64,000 bases of DNA from an uncultured Gemmatimonadales bacterium (GCA_963798915.1 CAWCVB010000005.1:409291-473290); one strand, 5' to 3'; counted from the first letter of the stretch, positions 1-12,473 are shown. Numbers and translations are program-made. Notes: a model not told the origin generated them from the sequence alone.

Positions 1-1351
1 GGATCATGACCCCGGTGAGCCGCTCGGCGATGCGGGGAGCCTCGGCCGCCGGCAGCTCGACCAGCGAAAAGCTGTCCCGAAGCTCGATCTTCCCGATCCA
101 GCCACGATCCACGCCCAGTTCCTTCACGAGTACCGCGACCAGGTCGGCCGGCGTTGCGTTGTCACGCTGGCCGAGACTGACCCACACCCGGGCCGTGGCC
201 GGTTCGGAAGCGGTCGGCCGTTCGCCGCCCGAGGGCCTGACCAGCCGGCTTTCCCACAGCGCATAGAGCGCCGCCGCCACCTGGGTGGCGTCGAATCGCT
301 CGAAGAGCGGCGCAAGCAGCAGCGCTTCGCTCTCGAGCGAACGCTCCTCCAGCGCCTGTTGGATTTCGGCGCGGCGGCTGGCAGCGTGCGTGCCGGCGTC
401 ATCGACGAATCCGGGCAGCCGCAGCGGCCGGACCAGGCTGCCCAGCTTGCCCGGCCAGCGTTCGGTTCCCGGTGGCACGATCATCACGACCTCGGCGACG
501 TCCCTGAGGCGGGCAAACTGCTCTGGCGTCGGTGCGTCCCACGCGATGATCAGGCTGGCCGATGACGGAGGGTCGGTGACCAGGGGCGCCACCGCCTCCG
601 GAACCACGGCGCGGAGCGTCGCCTCGTCGCCCCGGTCGGCCGCGAAGACGACCGGGTGTTCCGGGTCCAGCAGCTCGATAATCTGGGCAACTGCCAGGGC
701 CCGGCTCCCCCAGGGCGCCGCCGCTGCCCGGATCGGACCGGATGCGGCCGTCGGCGACGTGCTCACGAGCGGACCGGCCACCATGGCCTTCCGGGCGTAG
801 CGTTCGCCGACGTCGTCGGCCATGTCGGAGCGGGAGGTGACAATGATTCGCTGGACGTCGGCGGGCAGATCCGTCATCAGGTGCGATAAGGCGTCATCAG
901 CCAGCCGCTCGGGCCACACCAGCATGATGGTGGTGATCGACTCCAGCTTCAGGGCGCTGCGGCGAACCAGGGCCAGGGCGGATTCCGGTGTCAACAACAG
1001 GAGTTGCAGCTGGTCGGCGCGAAGGAGGCGGAGGGCACGGGCTTCGCCCCGGGCGGCATGCCAAGTGAGCTCGCCATCGCTCGTGAATCTGGCCACCAGT
1101 GCCGACCACTCCTCGAGCGCCTCGCGCGGAGCCAGCAGCAGGGCTCGGCCGCCCGAAGCCAGGCGGCTGACGACGCCAGCAACCACCGGTGCAGCCCACG
1201 CCGGCGAGGGCGGAGCGAGATACACCAGGTTATTGCCCCGGGCCACGGTCGCCGCGCTATCGCGCACCAGTGGAAGGGTGGCATCCCAGCCGGCCCGTTC
1301 CAGCGCGGAAGCTGCCGCTCTGCCCAGATGCAGGTCCTCGAATGCTGACAC
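1..1351 (-). CDS. Degenerate DEAD-box helicase-like protein with C-terminal DbpA-type RNA-binding domain (runs off left edge)
   Basis: Not in ORF track (no stop inside window). Read manually from GTG at 1351: MSAFEDLHLG... (Q-motif-like start); C-terminal part ARVWVSLGQRDNATPADLVAVL...IGKIELRDSFSLVELP is typical of the DbpA/DeaD RNA-binding domain. Confidence 0.8.
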   Translation of the reverse strand, partial: MSAFEDLHLGRAAASALERAGWDATLPLVRDSAATVARGNNLVYLAPPSPAWAAPVVAGVVSRLASGGRALLLAPREALEEWSALVARFTSDGELTWHAARGEARALRLLRADQLQLLLLTPESALALVRRSALKLESITTIMLVWPERLADDALSHLMTDLPADVQRIIVTSRSDMADDVGERYARKAMVAGPLVSTSPTAASGPIRAAAAPWGSRALAVAQIIELLDPEHPVVFAADRGDEATLRAVVPEAVAPLVTDPPSSASLIIAWDAPTPEQFARLRDVAEVVMIVPPGTERWPGKLGSLVRPLRLPGFVDDAGTHAASRRAEIQQALEERSLESEALLLAPLFERFDATQVAAALYALWESRLVRPSGGERPTASEPATARVWVSLGQRDNATPADLVAVLVKELGVDRGWIGKIELRDSFSLVELPAAEAPRIAERLTGVMI

Positions 1352-1508
1352 AGACGCCCTCAGTTCTCAAAAAGCATGACGCGACTGGCGCGGAAGGTAG
1401 CGCGGGGAGGACTCGGGGAGTAGGGCAGCGGTGCGAGTTGACATCGCCGGGTTCCGCTGGAACCTTTCTCGCGTTCACTCGCCCGGTTCCCCGACCAACA
1501 CGGAATGC

Positions 1509-2728
<1,220 letters not shown>

Positions 2729-2732
<4 letters not shown>

Positions 2733-3238
2733 GTCTTCAGGCCCATGTCGAGCCGCTCGACGGCAAGCTGCCCAGTCTGGGTTGGCGCTGGGATCCCGAG
2801 ACAGACATCCTCTCCGGCGCATTCAAGGCCGGCCGAAAGACCGGCGGACTCACCGGAACGTTGGAACTGAGCGACGACGCCGGCTCGGTGGCGGTGGTTG
2901 AGGTGAGTGATGGCATTATCTGCGGGCTGGACATGGTCGTGTGGCCGGAAGTGTCGACGCGGCCCATGCTCGCCGTTCCGCCCCAGCTGACGGACGGGAG
3001 GGTCGTCGTTGCGCGACGGCCCTCGCGGCCAGGGATCTCAGCAGTGGAGGTGGACACGACTCTCAGCATTGTCACCGACCCCAGCGAAACCGTCTTTCAT
3101 CTTCGCGTGGGCGAGGAGCGGGACGTCGAGGTGGTGCGGATTGCCGACCATCTGCATGTGGAAATCGACGGCGATGGTTACGTGGCCGGATTCTGGCTCA
3201 CCGGCGTACCTCCATTTCCGGATTTCGACGACAGCTGA
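2729..3238 (+). CDS. Hypothetical protein, possibly two tandem DUF2283-like domains
   Basis: 4-nt overlap with upstream gene; two similar halves WDPETDIL...GIICGLDMV and TDPSETVF...DGDGYVAGFWL. Confidence 0.6.
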
Positions 3239-3247
3239 GGACCGCTG

Positions 3248-4003
3248 CTACTTGAACTTGACCACCAGACCCGTGGTGAGTGTCCGGTCGTTCCGGAACT
3301 GCACGCCGGGTGGCGGACTGGCGTCACGGTTGAACGTGTAGGACGTCTGGAAGGCCAGCGCGTCGGTGAGCGCGACCTTGAGCGAAGTCTTTGACGTGAG
3401 CAGGTAGTCGTCCAGCTTGCCGGCCACCGGTTCCAGTTGTGACGAGTGCGTGACCGTCACGCCGGGCCGCAAAGGTGTTGCACCCCGGAACTGCAGGTTG
3501 AACCGGGTGGACGAGACGTCGGCCGCCTCAGTGCTTCCCACCGGCAGCGCGCGCGATTCGTAGTCCTGCAGCAGCGCAATCCCCACGGTAACGGAGCTGG
3601 GCCCATCCGTGATCAAGTTGAACTCGGCGCCGGCGGCCATGGACATGCGGATGTTCAGGTTGCGAATGGCGTCATGGGCCGCTGTCGCCCGCACGAACGG
3701 CGAAATCCGCCGGGCAGGCTGGAGCCGCAAGTTGAACTCGCCCTGGACGCTGGACACTGCCACATCGCCATCGCTGCGCCCATACTGGGCCGCCCCGGTA
3801 AGCGCCAGCTCGTAGTGACTATCATTCATCAAACGGGTGCCCAGCCCGGTATTGAGGAGTGAAAGCGACTTGTTGCCGGCGATATCGGTGAAGGAGAACT
3901 CGCCGTTGGCACTCCACTGCCCGCCGGGCGTGGAGTCGGGCGGCTGCACAGCCGCGAGCGTCGCGGGCAGCGTAAGGGCAAGGGCGGCAGCCCACAGGCG
4001 CAT
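3248..4003 (-). CDS. DUF481/YdiY-like outer-membrane beta-barrel protein
   Basis: Signal peptide MRLWAAALAL...; FTDIAGNK near N-terminus; amphipathic strands; ends GLVVKFK. Confidence 0.8.
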   Translation of the reverse strand: MRLWAAALALTLPATLAAVQPPDSTPGGQWSANGEFSFTDIAGNKSLSLLNTGLGTRLMNDSHYELALTGAAQYGRSDGDVAVSSVQGEFNLRLQPARRISPFVRATAAHDAIRNLNIRMSMAAGAEFNLITDGPSSVTVGIALLQDYESRALPVGSTEAADVSSTRFNLQFRGATPLRPGVTVTHSSQLEPVAGKLDDYLLTSKTSLKVALTDALAFQTSYTFNRDASPPPGVQFRNDRTLTTGLVVKFK

Positions 4004-4069
4004 GGTATCCTCCGGCGTCTGGTCGGTGCGTGACAAGGTCACGATTTCGGGGGAGCGGTAGTCTAACAG

Positions 4070-4990
4070 ATGTTCCGTTCGCATTGCAGTCGGCTTCGCA
4101 CCTCGCTCGGCGAACTGGGGTTGGTGACCGCCAGCGCGTCGCCCGAGGCCTCGGGCCGTCTCGAGGATGCCTGCATCCGTCCCGCACGGCTGCTTGAAGC
4201 CGACGCGCCCGCCGGACGCCCGGTCGGGACGGCCGTGCCTCTGGGCGAACCGCTGGCATTCGTGGACGGGGTACAGCGGTCCGAGACCGTGGCGTATGCC
4301 GGGTCCTCGCCGCTGGTGGTGGCCGAAGTGGCGGCTGCGGTGCGGCTGCGCGATGGGCGGACGCTGCGTACGGTCGAGGAGGAGCGGCTGTTGTTCGTCG
4401 CCGGTCGTGCTGACGCGCTCGCGCTCGCCAGCCCCGCGCTCGCGGCAATGGAAGTGCTTGTCGTGGACGATCCGGGGCCGCAGCACCCGCTGCGCGATCT
4501 CGACCTCGTGCGCCGGCTGGTTGATCGGGTGCGCGGCAACCTTGAGCTGGCCGTGTACGACCGGTTCCGCCAACGACACGACTCCTGGCTGGTGGTCGAT
4601 GGCTCGCTCACGGTCAGCCCACGGCTCGCAGCCGACCCGCGGGTGGTCGGGCTCTCCAAGAGCCACTCTGCCTTGCCCTTTGAGGGTGAGGCGCTGGATC
4701 ACTACCTCCGCCTGGCCCCGGGAGCGCGGAGCAGCATGTTCATGCCGGCTGGCGAACACGCGCCAGTGGTGGCGTGGGCGCTCCGGCTGTGGCCGTTCGA
4801 GGGTCGCGACCTGCTGCACGGACTGGTCCGGGTGGAGGTCGCCCCCGCGCTGGGCATCCCGTCCGTGGCAGACCGCATCTCGCGATGGATCCTGGCCGAA
4901 CGCTCGCCGATCAGCGCGGACGGGCGCTGGGACCGGCTGCTGTACGGCATTCATTCAGTGGAACAGTATCTGAAATCGGGAGCGCGATGA
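4070..4990 (+). CDS. nurA: NurA-like nuclease
   Basis: AFVDGVQR, LVVDGSL, VGLSKS motifs; overlaps the HerA-like gene. Confidence 0.75.
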   Translation: MFRSHCSRLRTSLGELGLVTASASPEASGRLEDACIRPARLLEADAPAGRPVGTAVPLGEPLAFVDGVQRSETVAYAGSSPLVVAEVAAAVRLRDGRTLRTVEEERLLFVAGRADALALASPALAAMEVLVVDDPGPQHPLRDLDLVRRLVDRVRGNLELAVYDRFRQRHDSWLVVDGSLTVSPRLAADPRVVGLSKSHSALPFEGEALDHYLRLAPGARSSMFMPAGEHAPVVAWALRLWPFEGRDLLHGLVRVEVAPALGIPSVADRISRWILAERSPISADGRWDRLLYGIHSVEQYLKSGAR

Positions 4991-6933
4991 GCGAACAGCA
5001 GAGTCCCACTGTGGTCGGCCGGGTTGTGGCTACGGAACAGAAACCCAGCACGCCACACCAGTTCTACTTCTGGGCTGCCGCCGGCGCTCCGATCGGCATC
5101 GGCGCCATTGTCCGGGTTGAATCGGATGGTCATGTGGTGCATGCCGTGGTCACTGATGGCGCGGCCTATTCTGACCTGCTCAGTGCCATGCACGAGGTGC
5201 TCGCAAGCGACGGCGACCCTGCGGCTTCGGCTCCGCCCTCATCGCGCACCGAAATCCGGCTCTACCTGGCCAGCGTGCTGAGGCATGAACCGCCGGAGCC
5301 GCTCCAGCCGGTGCCGCTGGGACCGGTCTACCTGGCAACCGACGCAGATGTGCGGATCGCGTTGCGGATGGACGGATACTGCGACGGCGCACGCGCCACG
5401 GGCGTACCGGTCGGTCTGTATTCCGGCGGCGGGCTGGAGGCGCCGGTGCTGCTGGACTCGGATTTCCTGCTCGGCCCCGAGGCCGCGCACCTGAACATTT
5501 CGGGCGTCTCAGGTCTCGCCACCAAGACCAGCGCTGCCGAGTTCCTGCTGACCAGCATCTTCCAGACATTCCCGGTACACAAAGGCTCGATCGCAGCCGT
5601 CTGCTTCAACGTCAAGGGTCCCGATCTCTGCTTCCTCGACCAGCCCGCCGAACTGGGTGACGAGGATCGCCGGCTCTATGCGCGGCTGGGCCTCTCGACC
5701 GAGCCATTCAGCCGGGTGCACTACTACGCTCCATTCAAGGGCGATAGCGTGAACCTCAATACGCTCCGCTCCCATCCGGCACTGAGTGGCGAGACCGAGC
5801 CGCTGGTGTGGGGTCTGCGCGAGATCCTGGATTTTGCCGAAGTGGTCATGAACCGGGATGACATCGATGCCAAGGCTGATGCATTCATCGACTTCCTCGG
5901 CGAGCGGGTCGTGGGCCGGACCTTCCACGACGAACTGCTCCGACGCGAGCCCTTCGAGGTCCAGACCTTTGCCGACCTGGAGGTGTTCTTCCGCGCCATC
6001 TTCGATTTTCTCGAGGCGATGGGGCGGGGTGGGGAAGTCTGGCGGACCCACCACGTCGCCACGATTCGCAAGGTACGGAACCGGCTGGGCAATATCAGTA
6101 CCCGGGCCAAGGGCCTGGTGACGGATGATGGCGTGGCCAATGACCTGCCGTGGGGTCACTTCGAGGACCGCGGGCTGTATGTGCTGGACATCGCCGGCAT
6201 CGATCCGCTGGCGCAGGACCTGGTGTTCGCACGCGTCGTCTCGCGCCTGCGCGAGCATCTCGAGCGCCGCGATCTCGGCGTCGAGCATGTGGTGGTGTTT
6301 GTCGACGAACTCAACAAGTACGCGCCCTCGGATGGGCAGGACACCTACGTCCGCAAGATGCTGCTCGACCTGTCGGAGCGGGGCCGCTACCTCGGGCTGG
6401 TCCTCTTTTCCGCGCAGCAGTTCCGCAGCCAGGTGCTGCGCCGGGTCGTGGGCAATGCCGGCACGTCGCTGTTCGGCCGGATGGACGCCGACGAGCTGGC
6501 GACGCCGGGGTATTCGACCCTGAGCGCCGCAACCCGCAGCAAGCTCGCGTCCTTGCCCAAGGGAGAGCTGATGCTGCGTCATCCCCACTTCACGCAGCCG
6601 GTCTTTGTCCGGTTCCCGCGGCCGGCGGTGCTGACCGGGCGGGAAGGCGTCACGCGATTCCCACCGGCACCCGACCTGCCGTTCGCCGACGCCGTGGCCC
6701 GTCAGCTCCGGACGCTCGACCGTTCGATCGCCAGCGATGTGGTGCGCGACCTGCTGGACGGCCACCGGGAGGACGACGTGCGGCGTGCGCTTGGCGCTAC
6801 CCGACGCGCCCGGCCCAAGGACGTGCTTGGCTACTTTCGCGCCGTACTGGGGAAGCGAGTGCAGGCCGAGACCTCGGCCGGGCGGCGCCACGTCGTTCAG
6901 TCCGTGACACTGCCTGAGGATCCATATCTGTGA
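4987..6933 (+). CDS. herA: HerA-like FtsK/HerA-family ATPase
   Basis: N-terminal HAS-barrel-like region; HLNISGVSGLATKTS P-loop; VVFVDE Walker B; RGRYLGLVLFSAQQ arginine-finger/Gln motif. Confidence 0.85.
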   Translation: MSEQQSPTVVGRVVATEQKPSTPHQFYFWAAAGAPIGIGAIVRVESDGHVVHAVVTDGAAYSDLLSAMHEVLASDGDPAASAPPSSRTEIRLYLASVLRHEPPEPLQPVPLGPVYLATDADVRIALRMDGYCDGARATGVPVGLYSGGGLEAPVLLDSDFLLGPEAAHLNISGVSGLATKTSAAEFLLTSIFQTFPVHKGSIAAVCFNVKGPDLCFLDQPAELGDEDRRLYARLGLSTEPFSRVHYYAPFKGDSVNLNTLRSHPALSGETEPLVWGLREILDFAEVVMNRDDIDAKADAFIDFLGERVVGRTFHDELLRREPFEVQTFADLEVFFRAIFDFLEAMGRGGEVWRTHHVATIRKVRNRLGNISTRAKGLVTDDGVANDLPWGHFEDRGLYVLDIAGIDPLAQDLVFARVVSRLREHLERRDLGVEHVVVFVDELNKYAPSDGQDTYVRKMLLDLSERGRYLGLVLFSAQQFRSQVLRRVVGNAGTSLFGRMDADELATPGYSTLSAATRSKLASLPKGELMLRHPHFTQPVFVRFPRPAVLTGREGVTRFPPAPDLPFADAVARQLRTLDRSIASDVVRDLLDGHREDDVRRALGATRRARPKDVLGYFRAVLGKRVQAETSAGRRHVVQSVTLPEDPYL

Positions 6934-6949
6934 CGGCGGCGGGCGCGCG

Positions 6950-8790
6950 CTAGATTCTTGGCCTCGAGCGATAGAAGCGGATTCCGCGGCGCGCCTTGGT
7001 CGCAGCATCGAGCCGTCGCTCATGTGCTTCCAGCAGGTCGCTGCGCGTGATGATTCCCACGACCGTGGTCGGCGCTGACCGGCGCACCACCGGCAACCGT
7101 CCCACTCCCTCCCGCACCATGTGATCGGCTGCGTTCCGGGCGCGTCTGGTCTTGATAGATGATGGCCGGCGGCCGATGAACCAGGGACCCGACCGTGCTG
7201 GTGGGCTCGACCGCCGAGGCGGTGATCTCCCGGCTCATTACCACGCCAAGCAGAGCTTCCGTCGGCGCGGATCACGGGAAAGCCCTGGTGGGTGCTGCCG
7301 GGTGCACCGGATGCCAGCCATTTTCGGGCCGATTCCACCGTGCGGTCCGCCTCGATCGTGCTCACCTCGGACGACGCACAGTCCCGCACCAGCACCTGCG
7401 ACAGATAGTCCGCGGTGTACTCGGTCTGCACCGGCGCACCCCGGCGCGCCAACCGCTCGGTCATGATGGTGCTGCGCATGCGAAGCAGCGACACCAGGAA
7501 CGCGCCGGTGCAGCCGGCCAGGAGTGGCAGCAGCCCCAGGGGCTGCCGGGTGGTCTCAAAGGCAAACACCACACTGGCAAGCAGGGCGCGCGATGCGCCG
7601 GCGAAGATGGCTGCCATTCCCACCAGTGCCGCCACCCGTGGATCTACGCCGGAGGCGGGGATCCATTGCTGCAGCGCGCCGCCCAGGAGGGCGCCGAGCC
7701 CGCCACCGATGGTGAACAGGGGGGCCAGGGTGCCCCCCGAGGTGCCGCTGCCCAGCGCGATGGACCAGGACACAAACTTGGCCAGCACCAGGATCAGCAG
7801 CGTGGCCCCCACGATGTTGCCACCAAGAATGCCGTGGATGTTGTCGTAGCCGACGCCCAGCGAGTGGGGCACGAAATAGCCGATGGCGCCCACCGCGATG
7901 GCGCCGATCGCGGGCCACCACATCCAGTGAATGGGCAGTTGCTCGAACCGATCTTCGACTGCATAGAGCGCCCGCGTCACCAGCACCGCGCAGTACCCAA
8001 TCGCCGCGCCGATCAGGACATAGGTGATGAGCGCGGCGTCACTGGGCTGGTCGATGATCGGCATGGCGAAGATCGGCGCGCTTCCCCGGAGGGCGATCCG
8101 CACCGCGGTGGCCGTGCATGCGGCCAGGGAAACGGGAATGAGCGAGCGGGGCCGGTATTCGAAGAGCAGCAACTCGATGGCCAGAAGCACGGCTGATACC
8201 GGCGAGCCGAACGTTGCCGCCATGCCGGCTGCCGCACCCGCCGCGAGCAGGACTTTGCGTTCGTCGGCGGTGGTCCGAAGCAACTGTCCGATCAGCGACC
8301 CCAGCGCGCCACCGGTGGCGATGATCGGTCCCTCCGCTCCGAATGGCCCCCCGGTGCCGATCGCAATGGCTGAGGATACCGGCTTGAAGAAGGTGACACC
8401 GGGAGCAATACGGCTTTCGCCATAGAGCACCCGTTCCATTGCCTCCGGGATGCCGTGCCCGCGGATGGCGGCCGAACCGAAACGGGCCATGAGACCAACA
8501 ATGATGCCGCCGAAGATGGGAATGACGAGCACCAGCAGGCCGACGGTATTGTCGGCCGGCGAGGCCTCCCCGATCGAGAGACGGTGAAAGAAGAAGAGAT
8601 TGGTCGCCAGGTTGATGAGCCGGAGCAGAATTTCGGCGGCAGCCGCGCCAGAGAAGCCAACCAGGAGCGCCAGCCCGCTCATTACCAGTATCCGGTGGCG
8701 GTCCTCGACCGGTTGCCAGGGGATACCGGCGGACCGGATGGCGGGCTCAAGCGAGGGGGCAACCGGCAGACCATCAGGCGTGGCGGGCAT
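6950..8790 (-). CDS. CLC-family anion channel/transporter with C-terminal CBS pair (two apparent frameshifts near 7257 and 7142)
   Basis: GHGIPE, GAEGP, GTSGGTLAP motifs; CBS domains continue in two successive +1 frames ending ...GIITRSDLLEAH...RPRI* at 6950. Confidence 0.88.
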
Positions 8791-8876
8791 GCGGCGAATT
8801 TCGCGACACCGGGCCCCCAAGGGCAAGCGGGTTGTGCGGGTTGCCCTTCCGTCAATGCGGAACCATTCTCCACCCT

Positions 8877-10055
8877 GTGAGAATCGCACACATCGCCGAC
8901 CCGCATCTCGGCATCCGCCAGTACCACCGCCAGACATCCGGTGGCATTAATCAGCGCGAAGCCGATGTGGCCAACGCGTTCCGTGCTGCCGTGGACGGCG
9001 TCCTGGCCGAGCAACCCGACCTGGTACTGGTGGCGGGTGACCTGTTCCACAGTGTACGTCCTGGCAATGCCGCCATCATCTTTGCCTTCCGCCAATTCCA
9101 GCGGCTGCGAGAGGCGCTTCCGGATGTTCCGATTGTGCTGATCGCCGGGAATCATGACACGCCGCGTAGCGCCGAAACCGGGTCGATCTTCGGGCTGTTC
9201 GAGGGGCTTGGCCTCGACGTGGCCGCGAATGATGCTCGCCGGTTCGACTATCCACACCTGGATCTTTCGGTGCTCGCCGTTCCCCATCAGGCACTCCTCG
9301 CGGCCGAGCGCCCCGCCTTGCGGCCGGCTGGCTCGGCCCGGCGTCAGGTGATGGTGCTGCACGGGGACATCGAGGGGGTGATCGCCCCGGCGCCCGGCGT
9401 GCAGGAGTACGGCGGTGCCGTCGTAACCCCCGACGAACTTGGGGCGGAACGTTGGTCGTATGTCGCGCTGGGACATTATCACGTGCAGCGGGAGGTGGCG
9501 CCGCGGAGCTGGTACGCTGGATCACTTGACTATGTAAGCAGCAATCCCTGGGGCGAGCTGCGCGAAGAGGCCGCGCGGGGTGTCAGAGGCAAGGGTTGGC
9601 TGCTGGTGGATCCCGATTCCGGGACCGTCACCCCGCGTCCAGTGCCGGTGCCACGGCGGTTTTGCGACCTGGAACCCATCGCGGGCGCAGGACTCAGTTC
9701 GCAGGAACTCGATGCGCTGATTGCCAGCCGCCTGCGCTCGGTGCCCGATGGTCTCGCTGGATGTGTGCTCCGGCTGGTGGTACGCGACGTGCCACGGCAC
9801 GTGGCGAGGTCGCTCGATCAGACGACCCTGCGCTCGCTGCGAGCGGAGGCCTTGCACCTTCAACTCGACATTCGACGACCGGAAATCACCCGGCATGTCG
9901 GATTGGGCGCGCCCGGCCGGCGCCAGACGCTTCCATCGCTCGTGCAGCAGTATCTGGAGCGTCGACCGCTCCCGGCGGAACTCGACCGAAGCGAGTTCGT
10001 CACCCTGGGCGTCGAACTGGTCGAAACCGCCGAGCGGGAAATCGCGAGCGGCTGA
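8877..10055 (+). CDS. sbcD: Mre11/SbcD metallophosphoesterase nuclease
   Basis: ADPHLG, AGDLFH, AGNHD, ALGHYH, YAGS motifs; GTG start at 8877. Confidence 0.92.
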   Translation: MRIAHIADPHLGIRQYHRQTSGGINQREADVANAFRAAVDGVLAEQPDLVLVAGDLFHSVRPGNAAIIFAFRQFQRLREALPDVPIVLIAGNHDTPRSAETGSIFGLFEGLGLDVAANDARRFDYPHLDLSVLAVPHQALLAAERPALRPAGSARRQVMVLHGDIEGVIAPAPGVQEYGGAVVTPDELGAERWSYVALGHYHVQREVAPRSWYAGSLDYVSSNPWGELREEAARGVRGKGWLLVDPDSGTVTPRPVPVPRRFCDLEPIAGAGLSSQELDALIASRLRSVPDGLAGCVLRLVVRDVPRHVARSLDQTTLRSLRAEALHLQLDIRRPEITRHVGLGAPGRRQTLPSLVQQYLERRPLPAELDRSEFVTLGVELVETAEREIASG

Positions 10056-12473
10056 TGCAGATCGAGCGACTGAAGCTGGTCAACTTCCGCCAGCATGAAC
10101 TCACCGAGCTCGACTTCGGCGCCGGCCTGACGGGGATCATCGGTCCCAACGGGGCCGGGAAGACCACGCTGCTCGAGGCCATTGCGTGGGTGATGTACGG
10201 CACCAAGGCCGCGAGAGGCAATCGGGAGTCTCTGCGGCGGCGTGGTGCGCCGCCGCGCTCCCGCGTGGAAGTGGAAATGGAGTTTGCGCTCGGCGCGCAC
10301 CACTTCCGCATCAATCGCAGCCTGAATTCGGCCGAATTGTACCAGGATGGCGCTACCTCCCCCATTGCGAACAGTATCGAAGCCGTCACCGAGACGATCA
10401 CCCGCCTGCTCGGCATGAGCCGGGACGAATTCTTCAACACCTATTTCACTGGCCAGAAGGAACTGGCCGTGATGTCTTCGATGACCGGACCGGAGCGGGC
10501 GCAATTCCTGTCCCGGGTGCTGGGCTACGAGCGGATTCGCACGGCACAGGACCGGCTCAAGGAGATGCGATCCAGCTTGCGGACCCGCCTGCGGCTGCTG
10601 GAAGAGGCGCTGGTTGGAGCGGACCAGCTCGCCGAGCGCGTGGCGCTGGACGAGCAGCGCCTCGCCCGCGCCACACAGGCCGAGGAGGAGGCAGGCGAGA
10701 AGGTGCGATTGGCGGAGACAGGGAGTCGCGGCCGTCGGCCCGGCCTGGCAGGGCGCGCAGGAAGTGCGCGAACGGTTCCTGAAACTGGATGGCGACCGGC
10801 GGGTGCTGGAGACCGACCTGGCGGCGCGACGGGAGCAGGTTGAGCGCCTGACTCGCGAGGCCGCCTCGGCCACCCTTGCCAAGGCCGAAGTCGCCGAGCT
10901 GGAGGCTCGCCTTGAGCCGCTCGCGCCGCTGCGCTCTGAGGCGGCCCACCTGGAAGCGCGTGCGCGTGCGGCCAGTCTTCGGCGTCAAGCCGTGGCCCAG
11001 CGCGATGCCTCGCTGAGCCGGCAGCAGGAAATTCTCGCGAGGCTCGCCGGATTGCCGCCCGATGATGGACATGCCGCCCTGCACGACCGCTTAGCCGCGA
11101 TCCGGGCCAAGGTGCTGGCGCTCTCGGGGCAGATCAATGACGTCCGCGCGGCATCTGTCAGGGACCGAACGGATGCCGAGGCCAAGCGCAACAGCCTGCT
11201 GGCGCAGTTCGAGGAGCTGACTGCGCAGCGAACCCGCCTCGCTGACGCCGGGGCGGAAGGCGTCTGCCCTACCTGCTCGCGGCCCCTTGGCTCGGAATTC
11301 GAGCAGGTGCTGGGCCTGCTGGACCGGCAGATAGACGAGGTGCGCTCTAACGGGAGGTACTTCCGTGGACGCATCGAGCAATTGACTCGCGAGCCGGCTG
11401 AGCTGGCTGCCCTGGAGGCGTCGCGACAGGCGCTCGAGTCCGAGATGAACGACCTGGTCAGCGCGCAGGGACGCGCTGAGGCCGAACTGGCGGAGCGTCA
11501 GCAACTCCGGGCCGAGCAGGAACGCCTCGCTGCCCGCCTGATCGACCTGAACGCGGCAGCGGGTGGCGACGAAACGCTTTATGATCTGGCTCGCCACGAC
11601 GAGGTCAAGCGCTTGATCAGTGAGCTGGAGCCGATTGCGCTGCAGGCCGAGCGATTGCGGGCCGAAGCAGCGCGGGCTGACCAGCTGGCGTCGGAAGCCG
11701 CCCGTGCAGCCGGGGCGCTGGAGGAGCGGGAGGCGCAGCTGTCGCGGCTGCGGACCGAGCTGCGGTCCGTTCCGTTTGATGTCGATACGTTCGAGCGGCT
11801 CCGCCGGGAAGATGCCGAAGCCGCCGCGGCGCAGCGCGCCGCGGAACTGGCGCAGGTGCGCGCGCGCGGGGAGCGGGAGTCGGCTGCCGAAGCCGTCGCG
11901 GCATCACGAGGCCGGCATGCGGAGGCGATCGGGCGCCAGCGCGAGCGGGCGCTGGTGGCCTCCAGGCTGCTGTTGCATGATGAGCTGGATCGTGCACTCA
12001 CTGACTTGCGCACTGACCTGAACCAGACGTTGCGGCCGGAGCTGTCGGAACTCGCCAGTTCCTTCATTCGGGACCTCACCAACGAGCGCTATACGGAACT
12101 GGAGCTCGACGAGAACTACCTGGCTACGCTGATTGATGACGGGGAGGCAAAGCCGGTCATTTCGGGTGGCGAAGAGGACGTCGCCAACCTGGCGTTGCGG
12201 CTGGCCATCAGCCAGATGATTGCGGATCGTGCCGGCCAGCCGCTCTCGCTGCTCATCCTGGACGAGATCTTCGGCTCGCTTGACGAAGACCGCCGCTCGG
12301 CCGTGGTCGAGCTGTTGCGCGGCCTGGCCGACCGGTTCCCGCAGGTCATCCTCATTACGCACATCGAGAGCGTGCGCGAAGGCTTCGATCGGATCATCCG
12401 GGTGGGATACGATGTATCCCGCGGCGTCGCCACGGTAGTTGACGAAGCGGCGGGAGCCCCGGTTGCGGCGTGA
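10055..12473 (+). CDS. sbcC: Rad50/SbcC SMC-like ATPase (apparent +1 frameshift near 10721)
   Basis: GPNGAGKT Walker A, coiled coil, CPTC zinc hook, ISGGE signature, LILDE Walker B; split between ORFs 9596..10843 and 10614..12473. Confidence 0.92.

Noticed and set aside
4987..6933. HerA as a Sir2-HerA or DUF4297-HerA anti-phage system
   Set aside because: Partner is NurA-like and Mre11/Rad50 are nearby; no defence-island context
5509..8937. 1142-aa ORF as a giant CLC fusion
   Set aside because: After the frameshift near 7257 it is read-through antisense to herA
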